This document shows positions 16,612-25,330 of a stretch of 36,656 nucleotides of DNA, in pieces. Each line of letters begins with the position of its first letter. The first letter of the stretch is position 1. Source of the stretch: Actinomycetota bacterium (GTDB lineage Bacteria > Actinomycetota > Acidimicrobiia > Acidimicrobiales > Ilumatobacteraceae); NCBI GenBank assembly GCA_041165005.1, contig JBEAOI010000048.1, positions 1 to 36,656 of the forward strand. Direction: 5' to 3'. The translations under genes were made by a program, and so were the position numbers. Under the pieces are notes generated by a model. That model saw only the letters and a program-made list of their open reading frames with translations, did no database searches and was not told where the DNA came from.

Positions 16612-16941
16612 TTAGCCCTCACCACTAGTGAGGAATGGTTTGCGAATTCGAGACTGCGAAAAAGCAATCAGTGCAATGGTCAATCCAAGAATGATGAAAT
16701 ATGGAACCCAACTAAATGCAGTTGATCCTTCGAAAACTGTTGACTGCAAGAGTCGGAGCACGCCGACCAACGTGAACAAAAGCCCGATCAGTATGGAAAT
16801 ACCACCGACTGCACCCCACGCCAACCAGCGTCCAGTGCCACGAAGCTCGCCGATGGTCTCTTGTTTCGCGTACGCGCGAACAAGCTCAACCAACTCGGTG
16901 AGTGTCGATCCAGATGTGAACGAAAGCACCCATTCATTCAA
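16612..16941 (-). CDS. Small two-TM membrane protein, resembles the Actinobacterial Holin-X / phage holin family (PF07332-like)
   Basis: 109 aa. An N-terminal amphipathic helix (LTELVELVRAYAKQE) is followed by two hydrophobic helices. The family call is from memory of the architecture. The start is uncertain (TTG at 16941 or GTG at 16929). Confidence 0.55.
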   Translation of the reverse strand: MNEWVLSFTSGSTLTELVELVRAYAKQETIGELRGTGRWLAWGAVGGISILIGLLFTLVGVLRLLQSTVFEGSTAFSWVPYFIILGLTIALIAFSQSRIRKPFLTSGEG

Positions 16942-16953
16942 CCAGCACGAGGC

Positions 16954-18408
16954 CTATTTTGGCGCTAACTCGCTCGCAGACGGGCTTCCTGAAAACCCGC
17001 CTAGGGCATCGGAAAGGGCGTTCCAAATAGGTCTATACGTGGTCTGATTTGAGGCATTCGCGCCATTGATGATGAGCGAGAACGATGAAGCCTGATCGGC
17101 TGCATAAGGCACAAAACCGGACAATGATTTCGCACCAGTCAGGGTTCCTGTCTTGCCGCGAAGCTTCCCAGCACCAAGAGAATCTCCGAGCACATCGCGA
17201 AGTGTTCCCGTTTGTCCGGCGATTGCCAAACCAAGTCCGGCTGGGCCAAACCCTCCGTCCCTGGCAAGCAGTGCACTGAGAGCACTGCACGTAAGTCGAT
17301 TGCCACGATCAAGACCTGATCCATCTACGAATGCGAGCGCATCTAATGGAATGCCCCATTCCACCAACTTGGCTTTCATCACTTCCAAACCCGCCTCGCG
17401 AGATCCGACGCCAGTTGTTGCAAAACCAAGTTCCTTAACGAGCAACTCCGCTGTGTTGTTGTCGCTATTGGTCAACATTTCGGCAACGATGTCTCTTAGC
17501 GGCATCGAGTCAATCTTGGCAATCACAGAAAGATCTTTCGGAGCGGATCCCACCTTTGGTGCTCCTGATACGGAGATTCCATTGTTCTGCAACGTATTCG
17601 TTAACTCGGTTGCTGCGCCGAGTGCAGGATTATCGGGCTTAATTGGATTACCGGTAATGACACCATCGTTAACCATCAGTGCTCCAAGTGGTCCGACCTC
17701 TGTGCCTTTGATGCCAAGCCCTAACGATGGCGAGAATCGTTCAGCGTCGTAACGAGACTCGTCTCCAACGATCGCACCCCTCAGTTGTGTGATGCCTTGC
17801 GAGCGAAGCGCATCAAATAGGTTTTCCAAACGTGTGAAATTAAACGTCGGGTAGGGCTCGGTTGATGGATAGTTTCCGGTGACAAGAAGCGGGTCTCCCC
17901 CACCGATTAAGTACGCATCGCCTTCAATTGCATCTCCGTTGACTTTGCCAACCAAAGAGGTGCTGAAAACGAACTCAGGAGTAAGCACGTCGAGAGCAAC
18001 CATTGCTACAACGAGTTTCATGTTGCTCGCAGGCAGCAAGGGCGCATCTGCGTTGATACTGGTGAGGCGCTTGCCTTCAATATCAACGATGAGACAAGAG
18101 TCAGTTGGAAGACGTTTCCCCAAAGCAGTCAATTGTGAACGCAACGATCTGAATCGAACATCTTGAGAGAGTGTTTGCGGATTGCGGCGTGCATTAATGA
18201 TCGGTGCAGAAATAGATTTCAATTCCGTATTGCTTGCGATTGGGGTCACTGATTGTGCAATGCCATCAACCAGCTTCCATGAAACACCAAGAGATACCGC
18301 ACCTACCAAGGTGACAGATGCCAGCAGAGAGCTGACGACACGAGCAGATCCAACTTTTACTTTCTTGCGTGCACGTTGGATGCTGTTCGAATCGTCATGT
18401 TGGTTCAT
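16954..18408 (-). CDS. dacB: D-alanyl-D-alanine carboxypeptidase/endopeptidase, PBP4 (peptidase S13)
   Basis: The SxxK (ASNMK), SxN (NSDNN) and KTG (GKTGTL) motifs occur in the correct order. It has an N-terminal TM/signal anchor. The start is set to the ATG at 18408 (MNQHDD...), which forms an ATGA overlap with the upstream stop. The track ORF extends to 18486. Confidence 0.9.
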   Translation of the reverse strand: MNQHDDSNSIQRARKKVKVGSARVVSSLLASVTLVGAVSLGVSWKLVDGIAQSVTPIASNTELKSISAPIINARRNPQTLSQDVRFRSLRSQLTALGKRLPTDSCLIVDIEGKRLTSINADAPLLPASNMKLVVAMVALDVLTPEFVFSTSLVGKVNGDAIEGDAYLIGGGDPLLVTGNYPSTEPYPTFNFTRLENLFDALRSQGITQLRGAIVGDESRYDAERFSPSLGLGIKGTEVGPLGALMVNDGVITGNPIKPDNPALGAATELTNTLQNNGISVSGAPKVGSAPKDLSVIAKIDSMPLRDIVAEMLTNSDNNTAELLVKELGFATTGVGSREAGLEVMKAKLVEWGIPLDALAFVDGSGLDRGNRLTCSALSALLARDGGFGPAGLGLAIAGQTGTLRDVLGDSLGAGKLRGKTGTLTGAKSLSGFVPYAADQASSFSLIINGANASNQTTYRPIWNALSDALGGFSGSPSASELAPK

Positions 18409-20549
18409 TGTGCGATTCCTCGATACTTTGCGTACTCGTAAAGATGAGCAAGACTCGTAGCAGCACGTGCTCCCGTTGGATAGCAATAAGCACCAGATTC
18501 GCGCACAGCCGCAGGACCGGCATTCTCGGGATCGGCCACAGCAAGTTCAGTGGCGATGAGAATCGGTTTGCCGTATTTACGTGAAACCTCTCGAGCGGTA
18601 AGCGCGTAACGCTCATCTTGTTTCTCGTGATATGAAACAATACGTTCCAGACCATGATCTGGGAAGAAGCCGCCAGATCGCATCATCTTTGCTTGGTTGC
18701 TCTGAATACCGATGCCCAGGAAAATGAGAGAATCTATGGAATCGTGTGCTGCAACTATTTCCATGATTTCGGTGACGGTGTCTCGTGTTTCTCCGCCAGC
18801 ACAATCGATTGGATTATTGCGACTCCAGCGAGGTGGCAGAAGATCGGAAAGCTTCGCCATCAGGTCGTCGGACAAATCAACAAGATCGAGTACGCCATCT
18901 CGTGCGATTGCATCAGCAGTTACTACTCCCCAACCACCCACGGTCGTGAGAACGGCAACGCGTTTACCTCGAGGAAGAGGCTGTGTTGCAAATGTTGCAG
19001 CTGTGTCAAAGGCTTCTTCTACTGAAGAAACTTTGATCGCGCCTGAAGATCGTGTTGCACCAAGAAACACACGATCATTGCTAGCCATGGCGCCAGTGTG
19101 GCTTTGCGCAGCCTTGGAACCTGCAGCTGTTGCGCCGCCTTTTAATACAACAAGAGGCTTCACAGCCGTGATGTTTCTCATTGCATTCAGCAGAGACTCA
19201 CCATCGCCGACGTTTTCGATGTAGGTAAGGGCAACTTTGGTCTCTACATCAGTCGCGAAGTAATCCAAGAAGTTTTCGACGCTGATCTGCGTCGCATTGC
19301 CTGCCGAAATAGCACGCGAAATTCCAACACCCGATTGTCGTGAGTAGTTCAAAAAGCTAGAGACAAAATTGCCGCTTTGCGAAGCTACTGATATGCCCCC
19401 CTTAGGTGGGTAAGGCGCAACGATCTGCAGACAAAGAGATGCGGGTGTGCTGACAACGCCCTGACCGTTTGGACCGGCAATCAGCATCCCAAGTGAATTT
19501 GCAAGTGAGAAAAGCGATGCTTCTGCAACTTCACCAGATTCCCCAGATTCGCGATATCCGGCACTGGCAATAAATGCGCTTGATATTCCTAATTGTGCAC
19601 ATTGTTTCAACAACGCTTCGTTTGAACTTGCTGGTGTGCAAAAGAAAGCAAGATCAATTTCGCCAACTGGTAACTCAGACAGATCGGAAACCGTTTGGAT
19701 TCCAAGAATGTTTTCCCGTTGCAGGTTTGTTGCATACACGTCACCTGCATAGTGATTAGCCAATGCATTGTGCAATGACACGAATCCGAATTTCCCAGGA
19801 TGGCTAGAAGCCCCAATAACCACGATCGCTCGCGGATTGAACAGCGCATCAAAATGCTTGGCAGTTGGCACGAAATCATGTGCAGATGGATGTGAAGATT
19901 TATCTTCAGCATGGCCAACTCCAACCAGTGCGTCAACTGCAACCAGGGAGCCATCGCTTCGCGCAATAAGCGGATTGATGTCAAGCGAATCAATTTCAGG
20001 ATGAGCGCCGCATACCTGACTCATGCTGGCAAGAATGGATCCCAACTGCTGACGATTTATTGGCTGAGTACCTCGAAATGGACCGAGTATCGATTGATGA
20101 TCAAGATCATCAATCATCAGCATTGCTTGCTCATCACTAAGCGGCAGCGGACGGAGCACAACATCATCAATCGCCTCAGCGAAAACACCACCAATGCCCA
20201 AGGCGACCATGTACCCAAACTGGGGGTCTTTGATCACACCAACGATTAACTCTCTATCGCCCTTCACCATTTCGGCGACAAGGAAGGAAACTTCGCCGTC
20301 TGCATCGGTGACACGGCTCAGTAAATCAGTGCAGGCTCGTGTAGCCCCGTCTGGATCTGCGATGTTCAGACGAACCAAACCTCGTTCTGTTTTGTGGGCG
20401 ATGTTGTCGCCGGAAAGCTTGATCACCACCGGATAGCCAATTGCTCCAGCCGCCTCCACTGCCTGCTCAATGGTTGAACAAACACGTTCTTGAGCGAAGG
20501 GAACTCCAAAAGGCAAGAGCAACTGTTTGGACGCGGCTTCAGAGAGCAT
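18405..20549 (-). CDS. ADP-forming acyl-CoA synthetase (acetate--CoA ligase family), fused with the ATP-grasp part N-terminal to the CoA-binding/ligase part
   Basis: About 714 aa. The N-terminal ATP-grasp region is LSEAASKQLL..FGVP....IGYPVVIKL. The CoA-binding region is PRAIVVIGASSHPGKFG. A phosphohistidine-loop-like SHTGAMA is present. I prefer the ATG at 20549; the TTG at 20576 is the track start. Confidence 0.85.
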   Translation of the reverse strand: MLSEAASKQLLLPFGVPFAQERVCSTIEQAVEAAGAIGYPVVIKLSGDNIAHKTERGLVRLNIADPDGATRACTDLLSRVTDADGEVSFLVAEMVKGDRELIVGVIKDPQFGYMVALGIGGVFAEAIDDVVLRPLPLSDEQAMLMIDDLDHQSILGPFRGTQPINRQQLGSILASMSQVCGAHPEIDSLDINPLIARSDGSLVAVDALVGVGHAEDKSSHPSAHDFVPTAKHFDALFNPRAIVVIGASSHPGKFGFVSLHNALANHYAGDVYATNLQRENILGIQTVSDLSELPVGEIDLAFFCTPASSNEALLKQCAQLGISSAFIASAGYRESGESGEVAEASLFSLANSLGMLIAGPNGQGVVSTPASLCLQIVAPYPPKGGISVASQSGNFVSSFLNYSRQSGVGISRAISAGNATQISVENFLDYFATDVETKVALTYIENVGDGESLLNAMRNITAVKPLVVLKGGATAAGSKAAQSHTGAMASNDRVFLGATRSSGAIKVSSVEEAFDTAATFATQPLPRGKRVAVLTTVGGWGVVTADAIARDGVLDLVDLSDDLMAKLSDLLPPRWSRNNPIDCAGGETRDTVTEIMEIVAAHDSIDSLIFLGIGIQSNQAKMMRSGGFFPDHGLERIVSYHEKQDERYALTAREVSRKYGKPILIATELAVADPENAGPAAVRESGAYCYPTGARAATSLAHLYEYAKYRGIAQ

Positions 20550-20586
20550 TGTCAGAAGTGCCACAGAATTAAACAATAGTTGACTG

Positions 20587-21009
20587 GTGAGCAGGCACTA
20601 CCCTTGTCGCGTGCACATCGTGTCGACAGTGTTCATCGATTCTTTTGAAATGAGACAGGCCCCCGGACCTTCCTCGCGGATCGACATCACCGGAATCTAT
20701 TTTTCGCTTGCCGCTCCAACGCTTCCGCCCGTCACCATTGATCCGCACCTCATGGCTTTGATCTTTTGTCCAGTCGGCCATGCTGGTAATGGCGTGTTCG
20801 AGGTGGTGTTTCGCAAAGGTATGGACGAGGAGTCTGAACAACTAGCCCGCAACGTCAGCCCGTTTTCCGTCGAACCGGGCAAGTTCACCTACCGATTAGT
20901 TCGAGGTGAGATTGAATTGCACGAATTGGGCCAGATTTTTGCCCATTGCCGAGTAGATCGAGGCCCTTGGTCAATAGTTCCACTCACATTGCTTCCGCCG
21001 GTTGCATAA
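20587..21009 (+). CDS. Hypothetical protein (probable all-beta; no family recognised)
   Basis: 140-aa ORF filling the gap between the divergent acyl-CoA synthetase gene and tkt. The sequence looks protein-like. The competing minus-strand ORFs look less so. GTG start at 20587; GTGs at 20608 and 20617 are alternatives. Confidence 0.45.
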   Translation: MSRHYPCRVHIVSTVFIDSFEMRQAPGPSSRIDITGIYFSLAAPTLPPVTIDPHLMALIFCPVGHAGNGVFEVVFRKGMDEESEQLARNVSPFSVEPGKFTYRLVRGEIELHELGQIFAHCRVDRGPWSIVPLTLLPPVA

Positions 21010-21028
21010 TCGGAACTACAGTCTCGCC

Positions 21029-22999
21029 GTGACTTCTTCTGCATCGTTAACTTCTGAAATAGACGGCAAAGCAATTGCTCTCATCCGTGGTTTGGCAATG
21101 GATGCACCGCTGTATGCAAAAAGCGGTCACCAAGGCACTGCAATGGCTCTGGCTCCTCTCGCCCACGTTTTATACAGCAGAGTTTTGCGCCATGCACCGC
21201 AGAATTCGGGCTGGAAAAACCGCGACCGATTCATCTTGTCAAATGGACACGCATCCATATTGCAATACGCCATGTTGTACCTCAATGGATATGGTCTTGA
21301 AATTGATGACATTAAGGCTTTCCGTCAATGGGAATCGCAAACGCCTGGTCACCCTGAGGTTGGTCATACAAATGGTGTTGAAGTAACTACAGGTCCTTTG
21401 GGTCAAGGTTTTGCGAATGCTGTTGGCATGGCAATAGCTGAACGAAATCTTCGCGAACGCTTCGGTTCCGATGTGATGGACCACCACACATATGTACTTG
21501 CTGGTGATGGTTGCTTCATGGAGGGTGTCAGTCACGAGGCCGCATCATTGGCTGGACATCTTGGCTTAGATCGGTTGATCTGCATTTTTGATGACAATGG
21601 AATCACGATCGACGGAAGCACCACCCTTACCTGCTCAGACGATGTTGCGAAACGTTTCTCCAGTTATGGCTGGAATGTCATCCATGCTGGTGAAATCGGC
21701 GAAGATCTCGACGCGCTTGAAAAGATGCTCAACGATGCTCGCAGTCACGTTGGTCAACCAACTTTGTGCATTTTGAAAACGCACATTGGCTACCCATCGC
21801 CCGATTTCACCGATGTGCATGAAGCCCATGGCAATCCCTTCAACGCAGAACATGTATCAAAGACAAAGGCTGTTATGGGAATTCCAGATGAACCATTTTG
21901 GGCTCCTGCAGAAGTTGTTTCTCAGTACCGCGCACATGCGTCGAACAGAGGTTCAGAATTTCTCAGTGCGTACGACACAGCTTTGGCCCATGCCGAAGGA
22001 AAACACGGTTTTGAACAGTGTTGGGCAGACCCCAGTGGCGAGGCAATTTCCAATTCAATGCCAACGTTTGCTCCGGATTCGACTCTGGCTACACGACAGG
22101 CGATTCAACAGTGCATCGAAGCAAGTGCTTCCGTGCTTCCAGGATTGCTGATTGGTTCGGCAGATCTCACCGGAAACACAGGCGTGAAGGTGAAGTCGGT
22201 TGGCGCACAGTCAAAGCAACTTCCAACAGGTCAACAGGTGTATTTCGGCATTCGCGAGCATGCAATGGGTGCGGCAATGGTTGGTATGGCTCTCCATGGT
22301 GGAGCTGTCCCAGTCGGCGGGACATTCTTCGTTTTTGCCGACTACATGCGTCCCGCAATTCGACTTGCAGCATTAAGTAAAGCTCGCGTCATCTTCGTGT
22401 TCACGCATGACTCAGTCGGCGTTGGCGAAGACGGGCCAACCCATCAACCAATTGAGCATCTTGCAAGCTTGCGAGTTATTCCTGGTCTACAAGTGATTCG
22501 TCCAGCCGACTCAAATGAGACCAAGGTTGCATGGGAGTGTGCGCTCACCTATGACGGTCCAACCGCGCTCGTGCTCAGTCGTCAGTCACTGCCAATGACC
22601 ACAGATGGCGATGCCGTACGTTTTGGTGCTGAAACCATCAGCGAAACTTCGAATCCAGACCTTATTTTGGTTGGAACAGGTAGTGAGGTTTCGGTATGTG
22701 TTGCTGCTGCGAAGTTGTTGTCTGAGTCAGGCACAAAAGTCAACGTTGTTTCCATGCCAAGTATGGATCGTTTCGAACAGCAGCCTGCGCAGTATCAAAT
22801 AACAGTCTTCCCTCCGAACGTTCCTGTCGTATCGGTTGAAGCGGGTGTGACGTTTGGATGGTCACAATATGCAGACGCATCTGTTGGCATTGATCGCTTT
22901 GGTGCCAGCGCTCCTGGTTCAACTGTATTGAAGAACCTTGGAATATCTGCAGACAATGTGGCACAGCAAGCTCGTATTGTGTTGAGTAAGGCGAAGTAA
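21029..22999 (+). CDS. tkt: Transketolase
   Basis: It has SGHQGTAMALAP (a GHPG-type motif with Q), the ThDP motif GDGCFMEG...DDNGITIDG, and central and C-terminal transketolase domains. I prefer the GTG at 21029 because it avoids overlap with the upstream ORF. The TTG at 21002 is an alternative. Confidence 0.95.
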   Translation: MTSSASLTSEIDGKAIALIRGLAMDAPLYAKSGHQGTAMALAPLAHVLYSRVLRHAPQNSGWKNRDRFILSNGHASILQYAMLYLNGYGLEIDDIKAFRQWESQTPGHPEVGHTNGVEVTTGPLGQGFANAVGMAIAERNLRERFGSDVMDHHTYVLAGDGCFMEGVSHEAASLAGHLGLDRLICIFDDNGITIDGSTTLTCSDDVAKRFSSYGWNVIHAGEIGEDLDALEKMLNDARSHVGQPTLCILKTHIGYPSPDFTDVHEAHGNPFNAEHVSKTKAVMGIPDEPFWAPAEVVSQYRAHASNRGSEFLSAYDTALAHAEGKHGFEQCWADPSGEAISNSMPTFAPDSTLATRQAIQQCIEASASVLPGLLIGSADLTGNTGVKVKSVGAQSKQLPTGQQVYFGIREHAMGAAMVGMALHGGAVPVGGTFFVFADYMRPAIRLAALSKARVIFVFTHDSVGVGEDGPTHQPIEHLASLRVIPGLQVIRPADSNETKVAWECALTYDGPTALVLSRQSLPMTTDGDAVRFGAETISETSNPDLILVGTGSEVSVCVAAAKLLSESGTKVNVVSMPSMDRFEQQPAQYQITVFPPNVPVVSVEAGVTFGWSQYADASVGIDRFGASAPGSTVLKNLGISADNVAQQARIVLSKAK

Positions 23000-23003
23000 C
23001 TGC

Positions 23004-24104
23004 ATGTCAGCCAACCGACTCACTGAACTGTTTACTGTGGCTGGTCAAAGCCCGTGGCTCGACAATCTCAAGCGTGAATACATTGTCAACGGCGATTTTG
23101 CTCGTGTATTGACATCTGGCATCAGAGGGTTGACGTCGAATCCAACCATCTTTCAAAAAGCGATTCAGGGTTCAGCGTTATACGACGATCAGTTTCACGA
23201 ATCTGTACAACGTGGTCTATCAACAGAAGAGACGTATTGGGAATTAGTTGTCTCAGACATCATCGGCGCTTTAGATATTTTCGGTCCGTTGTATGTTTCG
23301 TCATCGGGTCTTGATGGCTTTGTCAGCGTTGAAGTTTCTCCTGGCCTCGCCCAAGACATGGACGGCACCGTTGCTGCAGCGCAAGAACTGCATGATCGTA
23401 TTGCGCGTCCCAATGTGATGATCAAGGTGCCTGCGACTCAAGCGTGTATTCCAGCTATTGAGGAGATCATTAGCCGTGGAATCAACGTGAATGTCACGCT
23501 CATCTTCGGCCTTGATCGATATCAAAAAGTTATGGATGCCTACATTCGCGGTCTTCAGCGACTCAGCAAAACTGATCCAAGCAAGGTTCAAGATGTTGCT
23601 TCGGTTGCAAGTTTCTTCATCTCCCGTGTTGACTCTGAAGTTGATAAACGCTTAGAAGCTATTGGCACTCAAGATGCCCTTGACATTCGCGGTAAAGCTG
23701 CGATCGCTCAAGCGAAAATCGCTTATGAAATGTTCGAAAAGACTTTCAGTGGAGACGTTTGGCGCTCACTAGCCAAGCTTGGTGCTCAAGTCCAACGCCC
23801 ACTTTGGGCGTCTACCAGTACCAAAAATCCTGATTACCCCGACACGATGTATGTAGACGAGCTGATTGGCCCGCACTCTGTGAACACGCTCCCCGATGCA
23901 ACCATGGATGCATTCAGTGAACATGGATCAATTGCAGAAACCATCACGAGCAATGTCGATGGAGCGCGCAAGGTGTTGGATGATTTGAGTCGTCTTGGTA
24001 TCGATATGACCAATGTTGCTCATCAATTAGAACAAGATGGAGTGCTCTCCTTTCAGCAAAGTTTTAACGAGTTACTTGCAGTTCTTGAAGCCAAGAGGAA
24101 GTAA
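23004..24104 (+). CDS. tal: Transaldolase (long actinobacterial type)
   Basis: 366 aa. It has GQSPWLDNL, TSNPTIF and the Schiff-base Lys context VMIKVPAT. It starts 4 nt after tkt. Confidence 0.95.
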   Translation: MSANRLTELFTVAGQSPWLDNLKREYIVNGDFARVLTSGIRGLTSNPTIFQKAIQGSALYDDQFHESVQRGLSTEETYWELVVSDIIGALDIFGPLYVSSSGLDGFVSVEVSPGLAQDMDGTVAAAQELHDRIARPNVMIKVPATQACIPAIEEIISRGINVNVTLIFGLDRYQKVMDAYIRGLQRLSKTDPSKVQDVASVASFFISRVDSEVDKRLEAIGTQDALDIRGKAAIAQAKIAYEMFEKTFSGDVWRSLAKLGAQVQRPLWASTSTKNPDYPDTMYVDELIGPHSVNTLPDATMDAFSEHGSIAETITSNVDGARKVLDDLSRLGIDMTNVAHQLEQDGVLSFQQSFNELLAVLEAKRK

Positions 24105-24111
24105 ACACCCC

Positions 24112-25125
24112 GTGGCAGGAAAAAATCTAGAACAAGCGGTTGCCGATCTAGTAGATGAATTCGGCGGTAAGCACGATTCCGATTATGTAACCCACATGAT
24201 CATCACCGCTCTTGGTTTGGGTACGGATAGCACATCCACGCTTGATCTCAAGATTGCGTCTTCTGCTTTGAAAGAGATGCGCGAAGCCTTCGCAATGTTT
24301 GATCCCTACGCGAATCGCAAGAAGGTAACGATCTTTGGTTCGGCACGAACCAAGAAAGATGATCCGCTCTATTTGCACACACAAAATGTTGCTGCAGAGT
24401 TAGCTGCGCAGGGTTGGATGGTGGTCACTGGCGCTGGCCCAGGAATTATGGAAGCAGGAATGGTTGGCGCTGGTCGCGACCAATCCATTGGAGTTTCCAT
24501 TCGACTACCGTTTGAAGCAAGCGCTAACCCGATCATTGCTGGAGATGGCAAGTTCGTTGAAATGCGATACTTCTTTACGCGCAAACTGATGCTGATGAAG
24601 GATTCGCAAGCATTCATTTGCATGCCTGGTGGATTTGGCACATTGGACGAAACATTTGAACTTCTCACCCTGATGCAGACTGGTCGTGGCGCCATTGCGC
24701 CAACAGTGTTGTTAGATCTTCCTGGTGACCACTTTTGGCGAACCATGGATGAATTCATTCAGGCTCAACTCTTACCTCGCGGCTTGATCTCTGCGTCTGA
24801 TCTTTCGCTGTATCGAGTGTGCGAAACCACACATGATGCGGTAAAAGAAATCACCGATTTCTACAAAGTCTTCCATTCAGTTCGATTCGTTGGGAAATAC
24901 CTCATCATTCGTATGAATAAACAGATAAGCGGCCATGACATCGAGGCACTAAACACAGAGTTTGGTTACCTGTGCAAACAAGGTGGATTTGAAATGTGCG
25001 AACCCACATCGCAAGAAGTTCAGAGCGCCGACAACCTCGATAAAGCTCGGTTGAGGTTTGAGTTTGTTCGTAATGATCTAGGTGGTCTGCGCGACGTGAT
25101 CAACCGAATCAATCAAGCCGGCTGA
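24112..25125 (+). CDS. LOG family (TIGR00730-type Rossmann fold) nucleotide N-glycosidase-like protein, long form
   Basis: The LOG signatures are VTGAGPGIMEAG and MPGGFGTLDETFE. There are extensions of about 75 aa N-terminal and about 110 aa C-terminal to the core. The start is set to the GTG at 24112, after the tal stop, with AGGAAG upstream. The track ORF begins at 24037 inside tal. Confidence 0.8.
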   Translation: MAGKNLEQAVADLVDEFGGKHDSDYVTHMIITALGLGTDSTSTLDLKIASSALKEMREAFAMFDPYANRKKVTIFGSARTKKDDPLYLHTQNVAAELAAQGWMVVTGAGPGIMEAGMVGAGRDQSIGVSIRLPFEASANPIIAGDGKFVEMRYFFTRKLMLMKDSQAFICMPGGFGTLDETFELLTLMQTGRGAIAPTVLLDLPGDHFWRTMDEFIQAQLLPRGLISASDLSLYRVCETTHDAVKEITDFYKVFHSVRFVGKYLIIRMNKQISGHDIEALNTEFGYLCKQGGFEMCEPTSQEVQSADNLDKARLRFEFVRNDLGGLRDVINRINQAG

Positions 25126-25297
25126 GCACACCAATCGCCTTCTCCACTGCCCTGCGGGCCTGTGTGAGTTGGCGTTCAAGTTCAGGGCGCTTTGCTTCCC
25201 CAGCACGATGAGCCTCTTTGAGGGCATCGAGTGCCTTGTCTGCAAGGTCTTCAGAGACACTTTGTAGGTTGCTGACGATTTCTTCCACGGATGCCAC
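25109..25297 (-). CDS. Hypothetical small helical protein
   Basis: 62-aa ORF with a clean helix-hairpin-like composition. It fills an otherwise 205-bp gap in a very compact genome. It has a GTG start with no clear RBS, and its 3' end overlaps the LOG gene by 17 nt. Confidence 0.4.
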   Translation of the reverse strand: MASVEEIVSNLQSVSEDLADKALDALKEAHRAGEAKRPELERQLTQARRAVEKAIGVLSRLD

Positions 25298-25330
25298 ATA
25301 GAAACTGTACTTCGTCTATCGTTATCGCTC

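Noticed and set aside
17153-17752. 199-aa plus-strand ORF, Pro/Ser-rich, inside dacB
   Set aside because: It lies antisense to a gene with all three penicillin-binding motifs in the correct order. Its composition looks like antisense artefact, and no start context was seen.
18409-18486. N-terminal extensions in the ORF track (dacB to 18486, cmk to 33763, LOG from 24037, M18 peptidase from 31017, tkt from 21002, GNAT to 551)
   Set aside because: Each extension overlaps the preceding gene substantially. Each is replaced by an internal ATG, GTG or TTG that forms a classic stop/start overlap or follows an RBS. The extended residues have no homology-like content.
18712-19224. 170-aa plus-strand ORF inside the acyl-CoA synthetase gene
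   Set aside because: It lies antisense to a well-supported 700+ aa enzyme and has an Arg/Ser-rich artefact-like sequence.
21100-21150. Transketolase motif reads SGHQG instead of the usual SGHPG
   Set aside because: This is a single conservative-position variation in an otherwise complete transketolase with an intact ThDP motif. It is not evidence of altered function without an alignment.
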